DNA of 32,000 nucleotides from Nitrosomonas europaea (lineage in GTDB: Bacteria > Pseudomonadota > Gammaproteobacteria > Burkholderiales > Nitrosomonadaceae). The stretch spans positions 53,649-85,648 of the forward strand of contig NZ_FUWK01000005.1 in NCBI RefSeq assembly GCF_900167395.1. Direction: 5' to 3'. Made by a program: the position numbers and the translations under genes. The notes beneath the pieces are model-generated. The model saw nothing but the letters and a program-made list of their open reading frames with translations, ran no database searches and was not told where the DNA came from. Shown here piece after piece: positions 1-10,214 of the stretch (the stretch's first letter is position 1; every line of letters begins with the position of its first letter).

Positions 1-963
<963 letters not shown>

Positions 964-971
964 CTAAAAAA

Positions 972-1463
972 TTACAGCTTTAAAACCCGTTCTCCACGGC
1001 TGAGACCCGAAACACCTGTTCTGGCTATTTCCAGAATCAGATTGCAATCTACTGCCTGCAAAAAACCATCCAGTTTCGACCGGGTTCCCGTAAGCTCGAT
1101 TGTGTAGAGCTCGTTGGTAACGTCGATGATATTGCCTCGAAATATATCAGCAAGCCGCTTCATCTCCTCACGATCCTTACCCACCGCCCTTACTTTTACC
1201 AGCATGAGTTCCCGCTCGACATAACCTTCACTGCTCAAATCAATCAGTTTGACGACTTCAATCAGTTTATTGAGCTGTTTGGTGATCTGTTCGACGATTT
1301 CATCCGGCCCATTGGTGACCAGCGTCATACGGGACAATGTCGGATCTTCAGTAGGCGCGACAGACAGAGACTCAATATTGTAACCACGAGCAGAAAACAG
1401 GCCTGCCACCCGCGACAGGGCACCGGCCTCGTTTTCCATTAACAAAGAAATAATATGTCGCAT
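972..1463 (-). CDS. ilvH: acetolactate synthase small (regulatory, ACT-domain) subunit
   Basis: The 163-aa product starts MRHIISLLMENEAGALSRVAGLFSARGYNIESLSVAPTEDPTLSRMT, the canonical IlvH/IlvN N-terminus. The gene sits 4 nt downstream of the large-subunit stop. Confidence 0.95.
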   Translation of the reverse strand: MRHIISLLMENEAGALSRVAGLFSARGYNIESLSVAPTEDPTLSRMTLVTNGPDEIVEQITKQLNKLIEVVKLIDLSSEGYVERELMLVKVRAVGKDREEMKRLADIFRGNIIDVTNELYTIELTGTRSKLDGFLQAVDCNLILEIARTGVSGLSRGERVLKL

Positions 1464-1467
1464 ACTG

Positions 1468-3171
1468 TTATACCAGAATCATTTCGGACAAACCTTTGCC
1501 ACCAGGTACCATAGGAAAAACATTCTCGGTCTGATCCGTAATGAAATCCATGAATACCAGTTGTTCTTCCAGTTTGAAGGCTTCTCTCAACGCACCATCG
1601 ATATCTTCCGGTTTATCGATCCGCATGCCGACATGCCCGTAACTTTCTGCCAGTTTGACAAAATCGGGTAATGCATCCATATAGGATTCAGCGTAACGGT
1701 TGCCATGGAAAAACTCCTGCCATTGACGCACCATCCCCATGTAACGGTTGTTCAAATTGATGATCTTGATGGGCAGACGATACTGTTTACAGGTGGATAA
1801 CTCCTGAATGCACATCTGGATACTTGCCTCTCCGGTAATACAGGCCACCGTACTGCCCGGGTTGGCCATCTGTACCCCCATCGCAGAAGGCAGACCGAAT
1901 CCCATCGTACCCAAGCCACCGGAATTAACCCAGCGGCGCGGTTTATCAAATTTGTAAAACTGGGCTGCCCACATCTGATGCTGCCCGACGTCAGAAGTAA
2001 TGAAGGCGTCTCCGCCGGTTATTTCATACAGTTTTTCCACCACCAGCTGCGGCTTGATAACGCTGGCCGACCGGTCATATTTCAGGCAATCACGTGCCCG
2101 CCACAACTCGACCTGCTCCCACCATTTGTTCAAAGCATGGACATCAGTCGTCTCCCTGCCGGCTCTCAGCAGCATGATCAACTCTTTCAGTACCGCAGAT
2201 ACACTGCCGACGATAGGAACATCCACCTTGACCCGCTTGGAAATCGATGATGGATCGATGTCGATATGGATGATTTTCCGTTCTTCGCTGTAGAAATGCT
2301 TGGGATTTCCGATGACGCGATCATCAAAACGAGCACCGACTGCGATCAGCACATCGCAGTATTGCATGGCCATATTGGCTTCGTAGGTACCATGCATGCC
2401 CAGCATCCCGACAAATTGCCGGTCAGTCGCCGGATATCCTCCCAACCCCATGAGGGTACTGGTACAGGGAAAATTCAGCATCTGCACGAGTTCTGTCAAT
2501 TCTGCCGCAGCATCATCCAGAATCACCCCGCCACCGGTATAGACCATGGGACGCTTGGCTTCCAGGATCATCTGGACGGCTTTCCTGAGCTGTTGGGCAT
2601 CCCCGTTGATTACCGGTGAGTAGGAACGCAATGAGATACTGGCAGGATAATGAAATTCCGCCTTCTGCTGGGTGACGTCCTTGGGAATATCCACCAATAC
2701 CGGTCCTGGACGACCGGTTGAAGCAATATAAAAAGCTTTTTTGATTGTGACCGCCAGCTCCGATACATCCTTCACCAGAAAGTTGTGTTTGACACAAGGC
2801 CGTGTAATTCCCACGGTATCCACTTCCTGGAAGGCATCCTGACCAATGGCAGCCGTGGGAACCTGCCCACTGATAATCACCATTGGGATGGAATCCATGT
2901 AAGCGGTAGCAATACCCGTTACGGCATTGGTCACCCCCGGGCCAGATGTCACCAGTGCTACACCGACCTTGTTACTGGAACGCGCATAACCATCCGCTGC
3001 ATGGAGGGCAGCCTGTTCATGGCGAACCAGAATATGCTTGACTTTATCCTGCTTGAACAATTCATCATACAGGAACAATACGGCACCGCCGGGATAGCCA
3101 AAAATATGACTTACCCCCTCCTCCTGCAGACAACGTATCGTAATCTCGGCACCTGTCAGTTCAGTACTCAT
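1468..3171 (-). CDS. ilvI: acetolactate synthase large (catalytic, ThDP-dependent) subunit
   Basis: The 567-aa product contains GYPGGAVL, the ThDP-binding GGLGTMGFGLPSAMG...NNRYMGMVRQWQ motif and the FAD region. It lies in operon order with ilvH and ilvC. Confidence 0.95.
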   Translation of the reverse strand: MSTELTGAEITIRCLQEEGVSHIFGYPGGAVLFLYDELFKQDKVKHILVRHEQAALHAADGYARSSNKVGVALVTSGPGVTNAVTGIATAYMDSIPMVIISGQVPTAAIGQDAFQEVDTVGITRPCVKHNFLVKDVSELAVTIKKAFYIASTGRPGPVLVDIPKDVTQQKAEFHYPASISLRSYSPVINGDAQQLRKAVQMILEAKRPMVYTGGGVILDDAAAELTELVQMLNFPCTSTLMGLGGYPATDRQFVGMLGMHGTYEANMAMQYCDVLIAVGARFDDRVIGNPKHFYSEERKIIHIDIDPSSISKRVKVDVPIVGSVSAVLKELIMLLRAGRETTDVHALNKWWEQVELWRARDCLKYDRSASVIKPQLVVEKLYEITGGDAFITSDVGQHQMWAAQFYKFDKPRRWVNSGGLGTMGFGLPSAMGVQMANPGSTVACITGEASIQMCIQELSTCKQYRLPIKIINLNNRYMGMVRQWQEFFHGNRYAESYMDALPDFVKLAESYGHVGMRIDKPEDIDGALREAFKLEEQLVFMDFITDQTENVFPMVPGGKGLSEMILV

Positions 3172-3486
3172 ACCAGGGAATCCCCAGACTCAAAATAATT
3201 TTTCTTCATCTCATCATTAAAACCAATATTTGCTTTGTATCGATTCCGATTACAAAACCATAAAACGCTTTGGAGCACCCTGCATTCGGTGCGCACAAAT
3301 AAAAAATGCGAGACCCCTGTCCAAACGATCGGAGGACAGTGTATCTCCCGGATTTTTCCTGACCGACAGCAAAGGGAGCAAGATACGAAACAAATAACCC
3401 TTGTCTCTGTTACCAGGATTATATATTGACTTCCGGCAAATATCTCGGTAATACCACAACTATATTAATGGTTTCAGCATGCGGAA

Positions 3487-4941
3487 CTATCCGTTCGTCC
3501 CCCCGACCGTCAACCCATCTATCCGCAAAGTCGGTTGTCCGACACCTACCGGCACACTTTGTCCTTCCTTGCCGCAGGTACCAACACCCGGGTCCAGCGC
3601 CAGATCATTTCCAATCATGGAAACGCGGGTAAGTACATCCGGGCCATTACCAATCAAAGTAGCCCCTTTCACCGGATAGGTAATTTTACCATTTTCGATC
3701 ATATAGGCTTCCGCAGCCGAGAATACGAATTTACCACTGGTGATATCAACCTGCCCTCCACCGAAATTGGCGGCATACAAACCCTGCTTGACAGAAGCAA
3801 TGATTTCTTCCGGTTCTTTATTACCATTCAACATACAGGTATTGGTCATGCGCGGCATGGGGATATGGGCAAATGATTCACGCCGGCCATTACCGGTAAC
3901 ACGCTGATTCATCAGCCGGGCATTCAGATTATCCTGCAGATACCCCTTGAGGATGCCATCCTCGATCAACGTAGTACATTGTGTCGGATTGCCCTCATCA
4001 TCGATGTTCAACGATCCGCGACGATCGCGTATCGTACCATCATCGACCACTGTCACCCCCGGTGCCGCCACCCGTTCACCAATCCTGCCAGAAAAGGCCG
4101 AGCTCCCTTTCCGGTTGAAATCTGCCTCAAGACCATGACCGATTGCTTCGTGCAACAAAATACCCGGCCACCCGCTACCCAGCACGACAGTCATGCTTCC
4201 TGCCGGAGCCGGTTGCGACGCAAGATTCGTCAATGCCTGATGGACTGCCTTACGGGCATAATCCTGCAATATTGCATCGGTAAAATAAGCATAATCAAAA
4301 CGTCCGCCTCCTCCGGCAACGCCTTGCTCCCGCCGGCCGTTTTCTTCGACGATGACTTGTAACGACACGCGCACCAATGGCCGCACATCGGCAGCAAGTA
4401 ATCCATCGCTGCGCGCAACCATGACCACCTCATATTCTCCAGCCAGCGATGCCATGACCTGGATGACCCGCTTATCCAGCGTGCGCGCAAATCCTTCCAG
4501 CCGTTCGAGCGTGCCGATCTTGTCAGCATCTTTACAAAGCGCGATAGGATCCAGAGAAGAGTAATACAGTGCCTGCTGCCGGGCATCGTTTCCTGATAAT
4601 CCCGTAATAGAGGCATGTGTTCCACCGCCCTGGGCAGCAATTGCGCGCGTTGCCCGGGCAGCAGAAATCAGTGCCTGGCTGCTGATATCATCCGAATAGG
4701 CAAAAGCGGTCTTTTCACCGCTGATCGCCCGTACTCCGACTCCCTGATCGATATTGAAGCTGCCTGATTTGACGATACCCTCTTCCAGCACCCAGCCTTC
4801 CGATCGGCTATACTGAAAATAAATATCCGCATAATCAATCTGATGGGTAAGGATGTGCCCGAATACATCCTGCAGCCTGCCTGTGTTCAGCTCATAAGGG
4901 GCCAGCAGGTATTGATCGGCAATCGTAAATGAATCCATCAT
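3487..4941 (-). CDS. tldD: TldD family metalloprotease
   Basis: The 484-aa product has the HEAIGHGLEADF (HExxxH) motif and PmbA/TldD-type C-terminal GxC...P sequences. Synteny with yhdP matches E. coli. Confidence 0.93.
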   Translation of the reverse strand: MMDSFTIADQYLLAPYELNTGRLQDVFGHILTHQIDYADIYFQYSRSEGWVLEEGIVKSGSFNIDQGVGVRAISGEKTAFAYSDDISSQALISAARATRAIAAQGGGTHASITGLSGNDARQQALYYSSLDPIALCKDADKIGTLERLEGFARTLDKRVIQVMASLAGEYEVVMVARSDGLLAADVRPLVRVSLQVIVEENGRREQGVAGGGGRFDYAYFTDAILQDYARKAVHQALTNLASQPAPAGSMTVVLGSGWPGILLHEAIGHGLEADFNRKGSSAFSGRIGERVAAPGVTVVDDGTIRDRRGSLNIDDEGNPTQCTTLIEDGILKGYLQDNLNARLMNQRVTGNGRRESFAHIPMPRMTNTCMLNGNKEPEEIIASVKQGLYAANFGGGQVDITSGKFVFSAAEAYMIENGKITYPVKGATLIGNGPDVLTRVSMIGNDLALDPGVGTCGKEGQSVPVGVGQPTLRIDGLTVGGTNG

Positions 4942-4956
4942 TCCAGAAATAAGTTC

Positions 4957-5006
4957 ATAAAAAAATCACAACGGACGAGCTGCTGTTCCCCGCAGCAGTT
5001 CGTCCG
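4957..5006 (-). terminator. hairpin plus U-run between the C-N hydrolase gene and tldD (putative intrinsic terminator or attenuating structure)
   Basis: Positions 4972-4985 (CGGACGAGCTGCTG) pair with 4993-5006 (CAGCAGTTCGTCCG) at 13 of 14 positions, with a 7-nt loop. On the minus-strand RNA the stem is followed by UUGUGAUUUUUUUA (the A-run at 4959-4965 on plus). An A-run also flanks the other side. Confidence 0.55.
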
Positions 5007-5047
5007 CAAAAAATAGAAATATAACGTAAAAGCCGAATCAGGTTTTC

Positions 5048-5911
5048 TCAACAGGCAAGCAGGCAGCGGTGCTCCAGCGCAGGCAGACTCGCCCGCACAC
5101 TTGACTGATATGCTCGGTCGATTTCCGCCACCACTACCCCCGGTCCACGCGGAAGACGGTCGATAATCACACCCCATGGATCGACGATCATGCTGTCACC
5201 ATTGGTTTCACGCCCGTTCACATGGAATCCCCCTTGCGCCGGAGCGATCAGATAAGCCTGATTCTCGATCGCACGCGCACGAATCAGCGTCTCCCAGTGG
5301 GCCTTGCCGGTAATGGCAGTGAACGCCGCCGGTGCCAGAATGACATCCACCTTGCCCATCATACGGTAAAGTTCGGGGAAACGCAGATCATAGCAGATGG
5401 ACAACCCCATCCGCCCAAACGGGGAATCGAGCGCAACCACCCGATTACCCGCGTCGATCGTTCTCTCTTCAGCGAAATTCTCGTTACCCAGCGACAACCC
5501 GAACAGGTGAATCTTATCGTAACGCGCCACCTGCTGGCCATGTTCATCGTATACCAGGCAACTGTTGTATACCTTGTCCGATACCGGTGAAATCAGTGGT
5601 ACCGACCCTCCCGCCAGCCAGATGCCAAACCGCTTTGCGGTTTCGCTCAGAAAATTCTGAATTTCCCCTTCACCAGGATTTTCACGCACTGCCAGCTTAT
5701 CCGTATCCTTCATTCCCATGATACAGAAATATTCCGGCAACACTACCAGCTTGGCCTGTTTTGCGGCGGCCTCTTCAATCAGGCGGAAAGCCTCTTCAAG
5801 ATTAGCAGCTACACTGGGACCGGAAGCCATCTGAACGGCTGCCACCCTTACTCTGGTATTATCACCCGCTTTAGAGCGGGCGGCCTGATCGATACCAACG
5901 TCAGTAGACAT
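5048..5911 (-). CDS. carbon-nitrogen hydrolase (nitrilase superfamily) protein
   Basis: The 287-aa product carries Glu-Lys-Cys triad contexts VVLPEYF, RYDKIHLF and GLSICYDLRFPE, as in Nit/YafV-type amidohydrolases. Confidence 0.85.
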   Translation of the reverse strand: MSTDVGIDQAARSKAGDNTRVRVAAVQMASGPSVAANLEEAFRLIEEAAAKQAKLVVLPEYFCIMGMKDTDKLAVRENPGEGEIQNFLSETAKRFGIWLAGGSVPLISPVSDKVYNSCLVYDEHGQQVARYDKIHLFGLSLGNENFAEERTIDAGNRVVALDSPFGRMGLSICYDLRFPELYRMMGKVDVILAPAAFTAITGKAHWETLIRARAIENQAYLIAPAQGGFHVNGRETNGDSMIVDPWGVIIDRLPRGPGVVVAEIDRAYQSSVRASLPALEHRCLLAC

Positions 5912-6121
5912 GATTCCCGCCCTCCCTGTATCCGATTCCTGCCTGCGACAATATCAAGCAGTTCATACTCAGCCCCCCTTCCTCTTGATTGATTTTAACG
6001 CGGGGTACCACCTCGATTCCCCCGTTATCGTTATTATATGTGGCCCCTGTTTCGGGCCGGTACCTCTGTTGAAACACAAACTTACTGCGCAGCGGATCGT
6101 TGCAGCTCATGGAGGACCTGA

Positions 6122-6136
6122 TCAGAGGTTCCCTAA
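6122..6136 (-). repeat. copy A of the 15-nt motif TTAGGGAACCTCTGA (as read on the minus strand)
   Basis: Starts 2 nt after the yhdP stop codon. It is identical to 29866-29880 (plus strand) and near-identical to 30058-30076 (minus strand). A 9/10 inverted partner GGTACCTCTG lies at 6059-6068. Confidence 0.6.
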
Positions 6137-6138
6137 GG

Positions 6139-9100
6139 TTACTCAACCTTGTCTCGCTCTTCATCCAGCCTGACGACAACCGGGTCACTCCAACTCCCGG
6201 TTATAGCATATTCATTGAGCAGCACGCGATCAAAAGGATCCTGCAAAGCCCTCTTGGCAATCATGGCCGCAATTCCGGCGATGGGAGTTGCCAGCCCGAA
6301 CGAGGGAAACACTTTCAGATTCAAGGTCTGTGTCTCGTTTACCAAATCCCATTCCCCTTTCAGGATAAGCTCTGCCGCACTGCCCGCTATATACAGATCA
6401 TCGACCGAAGCAACACCACTCTTGATACTGATGTGGCCGTTCAGTTCATCAAATCCGAATCCTTTACCGAATACATCATAAAAGTTCAATGTCAGCCTGC
6501 GAGGCAAGGATTTCAGGTCAAAAACCCCCAGTAATCTACCAATCCCAGGTTTCAGTTCTGTGAATTGCCCATGCTGCGCATCAAGCTGCAGACTGCCGTA
6601 CAACGTTGCAAAATCCACTGAAAACGGTTTGCCCGCCCAATCCAGATTTCCTTCCAGCACCCCTTTACCGCGAGCAATACGTCCCGGATAACCATGGCGC
6701 TTGAACAGTTTTCCGATATTACTCGATTGCAGTCGGATGTGACTGTACATCCGGTAAGGCGGTTTATGATTCTCCCATAATCCATTGGCCTGCAGCCTGC
6801 TGTTCGGGTGTCTGATATCCAGATTCTCGACCAGCCAGCCATCCTGCCTTTGCACGGCACTGAGTTTCATCTGGCCCAGCAGCCCGCCTTTTACGAACAG
6901 CTCATCGGCTTCGATATCTACAGCCGGCCAATCTCCAGGAGGATCATGTTTATAGGGTGTCAGAATGTTCTCTGGCGCATCCTCCGGTATTTTCAACCGG
7001 CTCAGACGTGCCACAACTTTCTGTGGAGATGCTGCCTGCCAGTCTATCCTGCCGTCGACCTCCTGGCTGGAAACATCCACTCGCCAGCTTTCACCCTGCC
7101 TGTCGATGGAAAAATGAGTGTCATTGAAATAGCTGGACAGAAACTCAAACTGACCGATATGCAAATCGAACTGTACCGACCGGGTCAGAATATTATCCAA
7201 CCCGCGCGCAGTATGGTCGAGCGAAGCATCCATCCCGGCATGCCTCTTGAACAACTCACGTAACTGATCCCATTCCAGCCTGGACACCGAACCTTCCACC
7301 CGGGTCACCCGATCCTGCGGCAATGTACCATGCCCGCCAAAACTGATTATCCCGCGTACCGGATGATAATAATGTGCCTTTTCGCGTATACGCTGAAATT
7401 CCGCTGTCAGGATATCGCCATAATGAAAATGCACATGATCATCACGCGGCAGGGTAAAAACTTTTTCCAGGCGCACGGGAATCACTTCCGCAGCAGTCTT
7501 GGAAAAAGGTGCCGGGAACATCAGCTCCACGCCTTCCAGCGAGGATTCGACCACGATACCGACTTTGCCCGATTCAACCTCCACTGCAGCCTGCCAGGCT
7601 GAACCGCCGCGTATGAATTGTGTCCACAGCTGCGATAAATCAACTCGTTTGACGAGATTCGCATCCGGCCGAAAGTGGTCGAAATCAGCCCGACCTCGAG
7701 CAGTGATACGTACCCCTCCCTCAGGCAGGGAAGCAGAGGAAAACTCGACTGCCCCCCCCATTACCTGAGCACGAATCCCTTCCAGTACTACACCGGACTC
7801 AGTAAAGATCAGTGAGCCGTTGACCTGGTGAAAATCGGGAATATAGCGATCAAGATCGATCCGGTTATCGACGAACTGGTAACGCCCCTGCATTCTGGTA
7901 ACGGAAAATTTTTCCTGACCGACCGACAACTCCACCTCTGCCTGCAGTCTCCCCTTCCCGGAAAATTCAGCCTGACCCAATAATTCTCCGACATGCGGAC
8001 CCACATCTACCCTGCGTAACAGAGTGGCCATCTCTCCGCTCTCTCCTTCCGCCATGCCTTTTATCCTGATTTCAGGGCGATCTGCATACACGTCATCCGA
8101 CTGCAGCATGAACTTTTGCAATCGGATACCCGCAACACTGGCGGAAGAAAGAGACAGATCGAGCGCACCGTCCTGTATCGAAACACGCCCCGCCATATCG
8201 GAAACCTCCGGCCAGTCATCGGAAATCTTAATACCGGCATTGCTGATAGCGGTTTCTGCATGAATGGAGAATGCACCTTTTTTATCAGCAGAGCGGCCGT
8301 TCAATACTCCCCTGAGATGAAATTTTGCATCGCTCAATTTCCCTGAGAGGGTTGCCTTATCAAGTTTATCCTTCCAGGTTTCATCCGCCATCCAGGTGGC
8401 ATATTCGCCGAGAAGATGCATGTCGGCGTGTGATAAACCGCCTGTCAGATCGATCCGTGCAGGCATCTCTCTGTCAAAGGCACAGTTCCCCTGCAGAGTG
8501 CCACTTCCTGCATCGCTCTCGAAAGCGATATCGCTGAATTTGATCCGGGTTACGGCATGATCAGCAGCGGTTTTCCAGTCCACCCGTCCGATCAGCGAGT
8601 CGAAGCGGAATTTCTCGCCAGGCGACTGCGACTTGCTGATTTCCACATTTTTTGAAGACAGGAACAGGGAACCTCCCGCCTCAGTAGCGTCAACGATTCC
8701 ACTGATACCGCTGAATGCGGGATAGTCGTCGAACGACTGCACGGCGAGATCATTGAAACCGGCATTTATCCGGAAAGGTGGTTTTTTTGTCCAGTCACCT
8801 CGCCATTCGAGATTGACATGCTTTACCATTCCACGCGCAGACAATCTGGACAAAGACTCATGTAAAGCTTCTTCTGCCGGCAGACTGGCAGCAAGTCTCG
8901 TCAGCACATCCATCCTCAGCCCGCCGGCCTGCAGACTGTGTATGGGTAATCCACCATCTTTCGGGTTCAGCACGCGCCAGGATGCATCGATCGGCCCGGT
9001 CAGCGGCAAACCGTTGAGCTCGATGCTCATACCACGAGCAAACCATTGTCGATTTACCCCCTTTGCATCTTCTATCTCGTGCCACCCCCAGCGACCGTGC

Positions 9101-10011
9101 AACCGATCGATCTCCAGTACAGGCAACTGCCGGGCAACATGAACCGCTGTACTTCGCAGGCTGATATCCGACACCCACCTTGCCAAGATGCCAGCACGGA
9201 TATCCGCCCAGGCACGCATGCTGCCTTTTCCTTTTTTGAGTACCAGATCAGCCGGCAATGTCATCCATTCCTGCCAGCTTCCCAGATCAACATCCTGTAA
9301 CTGGATGAACAGACGTCCCTGCCATGCTGACAACGTCTGGACAGAATCACCGGTAACATCTCCACGAAGATCCACCCGGGAAAACAATGGGTCGGATGAA
9401 TGTGCCTGCAATCCGAATTGATGACGTCTGCCTCCCCGTTTGTTCTGCAGATGCAAATTGACCGATTCAAAATAATGTACCGGGCGACGGCGTAATTCAT
9501 CCTGCCAGTAAATGACGGCCTGCCTGATGATCAAACGCCGCTGGCGCAGCAGCCAGTCAAGAAATCCGCTTTCCTGCTGATTCTCACCCAGTGTCACGCC
9601 GGCAATATGCAAAACACCTTTCACATCCCGGCGTGTCACCAATGCAGGCCGGTCAATGATGATTTCATGAAAGTTGAGTTCACCGCGCAATAGTGATCGC
9701 CACGAAACCGTCCCTTCTATTTCCGGAAACACCAGCACCGGCTCATCCTGCCGATCTGACACACTGACCCCCTGCATCGACAAATGCGGGCGCAAACCAT
9801 CCCAGTTGGCCCGGATGGAATCGATCCGTACCGGTTGCCCGGCGACACGCGTCATGGCTGCGGCAATATCAGAGCGGTATTTTCCGATATCGGGCAGAAT
9901 CCAGTAGCGCAAGGCAAGCAGCAGCAGACAGGCAAGTATCGCCACCAGCAGAAAACCTCGGCCCGCCCAACCCAGGCAGACCGTACAATGACGTAACAAA
10001 GAATGCGGCAT
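6139..10011 (-). CDS. yhdP: YhdP-family (AsmA2/TIGR02099-like) large envelope protein
   Basis: The 1290-aa product has one N-terminal TM segment (GFLLVAILACLLLLAL) followed by a long beta-rich body. The conserved start is LRYWILPDIGKYRSDI...RANWDGLRPHL. It is adjacent to tldD as in enterobacteria. Confidence 0.85.
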   Translation of the reverse strand: MPHSLLRHCTVCLGWAGRGFLLVAILACLLLLALRYWILPDIGKYRSDIAAAMTRVAGQPVRIDSIRANWDGLRPHLSMQGVSVSDRQDEPVLVFPEIEGTVSWRSLLRGELNFHEIIIDRPALVTRRDVKGVLHIAGVTLGENQQESGFLDWLLRQRRLIIRQAVIYWQDELRRRPVHYFESVNLHLQNKRGGRRHQFGLQAHSSDPLFSRVDLRGDVTGDSVQTLSAWQGRLFIQLQDVDLGSWQEWMTLPADLVLKKGKGSMRAWADIRAGILARWVSDISLRSTAVHVARQLPVLEIDRLHGRWGWHEIEDAKGVNRQWFARGMSIELNGLPLTGPIDASWRVLNPKDGGLPIHSLQAGGLRMDVLTRLAASLPAEEALHESLSRLSARGMVKHVNLEWRGDWTKKPPFRINAGFNDLAVQSFDDYPAFSGISGIVDATEAGGSLFLSSKNVEISKSQSPGEKFRFDSLIGRVDWKTAADHAVTRIKFSDIAFESDAGSGTLQGNCAFDREMPARIDLTGGLSHADMHLLGEYATWMADETWKDKLDKATLSGKLSDAKFHLRGVLNGRSADKKGAFSIHAETAISNAGIKISDDWPEVSDMAGRVSIQDGALDLSLSSASVAGIRLQKFMLQSDDVYADRPEIRIKGMAEGESGEMATLLRRVDVGPHVGELLGQAEFSGKGRLQAEVELSVGQEKFSVTRMQGRYQFVDNRIDLDRYIPDFHQVNGSLIFTESGVVLEGIRAQVMGGAVEFSSASLPEGGVRITARGRADFDHFRPDANLVKRVDLSQLWTQFIRGGSAWQAAVEVESGKVGIVVESSLEGVELMFPAPFSKTAAEVIPVRLEKVFTLPRDDHVHFHYGDILTAEFQRIREKAHYYHPVRGIISFGGHGTLPQDRVTRVEGSVSRLEWDQLRELFKRHAGMDASLDHTARGLDNILTRSVQFDLHIGQFEFLSSYFNDTHFSIDRQGESWRVDVSSQEVDGRIDWQAASPQKVVARLSRLKIPEDAPENILTPYKHDPPGDWPAVDIEADELFVKGGLLGQMKLSAVQRQDGWLVENLDIRHPNSRLQANGLWENHKPPYRMYSHIRLQSSNIGKLFKRHGYPGRIARGKGVLEGNLDWAGKPFSVDFATLYGSLQLDAQHGQFTELKPGIGRLLGVFDLKSLPRRLTLNFYDVFGKGFGFDELNGHISIKSGVASVDDLYIAGSAAELILKGEWDLVNETQTLNLKVFPSFGLATPIAGIAAMIAKRALQDPFDRVLLNEYAITGSWSDPVVVRLDEERDKVE

Positions 10012-10214
10012 AAGCTCAATACAAAACTATCACCCGGTATTCCATCCGTTTCTGAAGTTTGCCTTCCATTTGAGAAATGGCGGTCTTTATGCCCCCCGGC
10101 AGGATATTATTGCCGCAATGATCGTTCATCACCGTAAAAATGGTACGAATCTGTGTTTCACCCATGTGCTCCACCATTTCATGACATAACCAGACACAAA
10201 ACCGTTCATTCCGT

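Noticed and set aside
3172-3486. Possible leader peptide or attenuator upstream of ilvI
   Set aside because: I found only weak 5-6 bp stems (CTGTCC...GGACAG, GCACC...GGTGC) with no adjacent U-run. No short ORF with a run of Ile, Leu or Val codons is present, and the 69-aa ORF here is not leader-like. The evidence is insufficient.
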